A stretch of 64,000 bases of DNA from Eledone cirrhosa (lineage: Eukaryota). Shown one piece after another: positions 61,101-64,000 of the stretch. The notes beneath the pieces are model-generated. The model was not told the origin of the DNA, did not search any database, and saw only the letters and a program-made list of their open reading frames with translations. A program made the translations under genes and the position numbers. The stretch is from assembly GCA_964016885.1 (NCBI GenBank), contig OZ024744.1:1054001-1118000 (forward strand), read 5' to 3'. How positions within the stretch are numbered: the stretch's first letter is position 1; each line of letters starts with the position of its first letter.

Positions 61101-64000
61101 AGGGAAGACAAGGTAGAGAAAGATAGCTTGGTGAAGAACGACGTTTTGAGGGAAGACAAGTTAGAGAAAGATAGCTTGGTGAAGAACGACGTTTTGAGGG
61201 AAGACAAGGTAGAGAAAGATAGCTTGGTGAAGAACGAAGTTTTGGGGGAAGACAAGGTAGAGAAAGATAGCTTGATGAAGTACGAAGTTTTGGCGGAAGA
61301 CAAGGTAGAGAAAGATAGCTTGGTGAAGTACGACGTTTTGTGGGAAGACAAGGTAGAGAAACATAGTTGGTGAAGAACGAAATTTTGAGGGAAGACAAGG
61401 TAGAGAAAGATAGCTTGGTGAAGAACGAAGTTTTGAGGGAAGACAAGGTAGAGAAAGATAGCTTGATGAAGAACGAAGTTTTGAGGGAAGACAATGTAGA
61501 GAAAGATAGCTTGATGAAGAACGAAGTTTTGGGGGAAGACAAGGTAGAGAAAGATAGCTTGGTGAAGAACGAAGTTTTGAGGGAAGACAAGGTAGAGAAG
61601 ATAGCTTGGTGAAGAACGAAGTTATGAGGGATGACAAGGTAGAGAAAGATAGCTTGGTGAAGAACGAAGTTTTGGGGGAAGACAAGGTAGAGAAAGATAG
61701 CTTGATGAAGTACGAAGTTTTGGGGGAAGACAAGGTAGAGAAAGATAGCTTGGTGAAGAACGACGTTTTGTGGGAAGACAAGGTAGAGAAACATAGTTGG
61801 TGAAGAACGAAATTTTGAGGGAAGACAAGGTAGAGAAAGATAGCTTGGTGAAGAACGAAGTTTTGAGGGAAGACAAGGTAGAGAAAGATAGCTTGATGAA
61901 GAACGAAGTTTTGAGGGAAGACAAGGTAGAGAAAGATAGCTTGATGAAGTACGAAGTTTTGGGGGAAGACAAGGTAGAGAAAGATAGCTTGGTGAAGAAC
62001 GAAGTTTTGGGGGAAGACAAGGTAGAGAAAGATAGCTTGGTGAAGAACGAAGTTTTGAGGGAAGAGAAGGTAGAGAAAGATAGCTTGGTGAAGAACGAAG
62101 TTTTGAGGGAAGACAAGGTAGAGAAAGATAGTTGGTGAGGAACGAAGTTTTGAGGGAAAACAAGGTATAGAAAGATAGCTTGGTGAAGAACGACGTTTTG
62201 AGGGAAGACAAGGTAGAGAAAGATAGCTTGGTGAAGAACGACGTTTTGAGGGGAGACAAGGTAGAGAAAGATAGCTTGGTGAAGAACGAAGTTTTGGGGG
62301 AAGACAAGGTAGAGAAAGATAGCTTGGTGAAGAACGAAGTTTTGAGGGAAGACAAGGTAGAGAAAGATAGTTGGTGAAGAACGAAGTTTTGAGGGAAAAC
62401 AAGGTATAGAAAGATAGCTTGGTGAAGAACGACGTTTTGAGGGAAGACAAGGTAGAGAAAGATAGCTTGGTGAAGAACGAAGTTTTGGGGGAAGACAAGG
62501 TAGAGAAAGATAGCTTGATGAAGTACGAAGTTTTGGGGGAAGACAAGGTAGAGAAAGATAGCTTGGTGAAGAACGACGTTTTGTGGGAAGACAAGGTAGA
62601 GAAACATAGTTGGTGATGAACGAAATTTTGAGGGAAGACAAGGTAGAGAAAGATAGCTTGGTGAAGAACGAAGTTTTGAGGGAAGACAAGGTAGAGAAAG
62701 ATAGCTTGATGAAGAACGAAGTTTTGAGGGAAGACAAGGTAGAGAAAGATAGCTTGATGAAGTACGAAGTTTTGGGGGAAGACAAGGTAGAGAAAGATAG
62801 CATGGTGAAGAACGAAGTTTTGGGGGAAGACAAGGTAGAGAAAGATAGCTTGGTGAAGAACGAAGTTTTGAGGGAAGAGAAGGTAGAGAAAGATAGCTTG
62901 GTGAAGAACGAAGTTTTGGGGGAAGACAAGGTAGAGAAAGATAGCTTGGTGAAGAACGAAGTTTTGAGGGAAGACAAGGTAGAGAAAGATAGTTGGTGAA
63001 GAACGAAGTTTTGAGGGAAAACAAGGTATAGAAAGATAGCTTGGTGAAGAACGACGTTTTGAGGGAAGACAAGGTAGAGAAAGATAGCTTGGTGAAGAAC
63101 GACGTTTTGAGGGGAGACAAGGTAGAGAAAGATAGCTTGGTGAAGAACGAAGTTTTGGGGGAAGACAAGGTAGAGAAAGATACCTTGATGAAGTACGAAG
63201 TTTTGGGGGAAGACAAGGTAGAGAAAGATAGCTTGGTGAAGAACGACGTTTTGTGGGAAGACAAGGTAGAGAAACATAGTTGGTGAAGAACGAAATTTTG
63301 AGGGAAGACAAGGTAGAGAAAGATAGCTTGGTGAAGAACGAAGTTTTGAGGGAAGACAAGGTAGAGAAAGATAGCTTGATGAAGAACGAAGTTTTGAGGG
63401 AAGACAAGGTAGAGAAAGATAGCTTGATGAAGTACGAAGTTTTGGGGGAAGACAAGGTAGAGAAAGATAGCTTGGTGAAGAACGAAGTTTTGAGGGAAGA
63501 CAAGGTAGAGAAAGATAGCTTGATGAAGAACGAAGTTTTGAGGGAAGGCAAGGTAAAGAAAGATAGCTTGGTGAAGAACGAAGTTTTGAGGGAAGACAAA
63601 GTATAGAAAGATAGCTTGGTGAAGAACGAAGTTTTGGGGGAAGACAATGTAGAGAAAGATAGCTTGATGAAGAACGAAGTTTTGGGGGAAGACAAGGTAG
63701 AGAAAGATAGCTTGGTGAAGAACGAAGTTTTGGGGGAAGACAAGGTAGAGAAAGATAGCTTGGTGAAGAACGAAGTTTTGAGGGAAGACAAGGTAGAGAA
63801 AGATAGTTGGTGAAGAACGAAGTTTTGAGGGAAGACAAGGTAGAGAAAGATAGCTTGGTGAAGAACGACGTTTTGAGGGAAGACAAGTTAGAGAAAGATA
63901 GCTTGGTGAAGAACGACGTTTTGAGGGAAGACAAGGTAGAGAAAGATAGCTTGGTGAAGAACGAAGTTTTGGGGGAAGACAAGGTAGAGAAAGATAGCTT
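58111..64000 (+). repeat. Satellite haplotype domain C; more diverged, with shorter units
   Basis: Lacks GATAGATTGG, GGGGTAGAC and AACGGA. Carries GAAAACAAGGTATAG, GTGATGAAC, AGCATGG, GATACC and AGGGGAGAC plus several singletons. All seven units (58398, 59979, 60649, 61367, 61797, 62610, 63280) begin with the GAAATT monomer. Confidence 0.8.
59700..63640 (+). repeat. About 1.3-kb block duplicated at offset 2,631 bp (about 59,700-61,010 and 62,330-63,640)
   Basis: 59788>62419, 59979>62610, 60410>63041 and 60649>63280 = 2,631 (55x48-9). Shared GTGATGAAC, AGCATGG, GATACC and GAAGGCAAGGTAAAG. Confidence 0.87.

Larger units (their letters stand above)
1..64000 (+). repeat. 48-bp tandem satellite array, about 1,335 head-to-tail monomers, consensus TTGGTGAAGAACGAAGTTTTGAGGGAAGACAAGGTAGAGAAAGATAGC; extends beyond both window edges
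   Basis: Seen directly: every line is the same 48-mer (first full copy 23-70), usually with 0-3 substitutions, plus occasional 47-bp copies. No inversion or non-repeat insertion was seen. Common polymorphic sites are GTG/ATG, AGG/GGG and AAC/TAC. Confidence 0.99.

Noticed and set aside
23-63813. Many short + strand ORFs of (LVKNEVLREDKVEKDS)n as real genes or a repeat-protein family
   Set aside because: They have no unique N- or C-terminal sequence, the starts are just the monomer's TTG/GTG, stops and frameshifts are amplified along with the HOR, and most variants are non-synonymous.
2113-63982. Very long minus-strand ORFs (up to 3,537 aa; FLYLVFPQNFVLHQAI, LSFSTLSSLKTSFFTK and YLSLPCLPSKLRSSPS repeats)
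   Set aside because: The + consensus has no TTA, CTA or TCA, so all three minus frames are open by composition. The ORFs overlap in all frames, switch peptide at every 47-bp monomer and end only at sporadic SNPs (GAAGTCA, GTTATG, AAGTTAG, GCTAGG).
1-64000. CRISPR array or variable-cassette (antigenic variation or DGR-like) system
   Set aside because: There are no unique spacers, and no cas, reverse transcriptase, recombinase or expression locus. Variation is sparse SNPs inherited in blocks.
1-64000. Canonical telomeric repeat, or a named 48-bp satellite such as human CER/D22Z3
   Set aside because: There is no tandem TTAGGG/TTTAGGG-type unit (only isolated SNP-generated TTTAGGG), and the consensus does not resemble CER as I recall it. 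No family name can be assigned without a database search.
1-64000. Whole array as a synthetic construct or assembly artefact
   Set aside because: Nested, phylogenetically consistent variants, recombinant monomers and a divergence gradient are what natural satellite evolution produces. Individual duplications still need read-level confirmation.

Overview
The whole 64,000-bp window is one uninterrupted head-to-tail array of a 48-bp satellite, about 1,335 monomers in a single orientation, running off both window edges. The consensus is TTGGTGAAGAACGAAGTTTTGAGGGAAGACAAGGTAGAGAAAGATAGC (19 A, 17 G, 9 T, 3 C; 75% purine on the + strand, about 42% GC). I found no unique sequence, supportable gene, RNA gene, transposon or CRISPR array. 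The ORF track reflects the repeat: 48 is a multiple of 3 and the consensus is stop-free in one + frame (LVKNEVLREDKVEKDS) and in all three - frames. The informative signal is in the variant monomers, which show nested organisation: a possible 18-bp sub-repeat, the 48-bp monomer, 96-bp alternating dimers, basic units of mostly 0.7-1.3 kb bounded by a 47-bp landmark monomer, about 2-kb higher-order repeats (HORs) built from two alternating unit types, and recent block duplications at 2-14 kb offsets. The array is also layered into three haplotype domains (A left, B middle, C right), with an ordered TAC>TTC>CTC mutation series and more divergence at the right end. This resembles eukaryotic centromeric/pericentromeric or subtelomeric satellite, but I cannot name the family or host. 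I cannot support a new protein-coding system here; the best novelty candidate is the satellite itself, with its HOR grammar and possible origin from a coding E/K-rich repeat. All counts and offsets were read by hand from the sequence and ORF coordinates.
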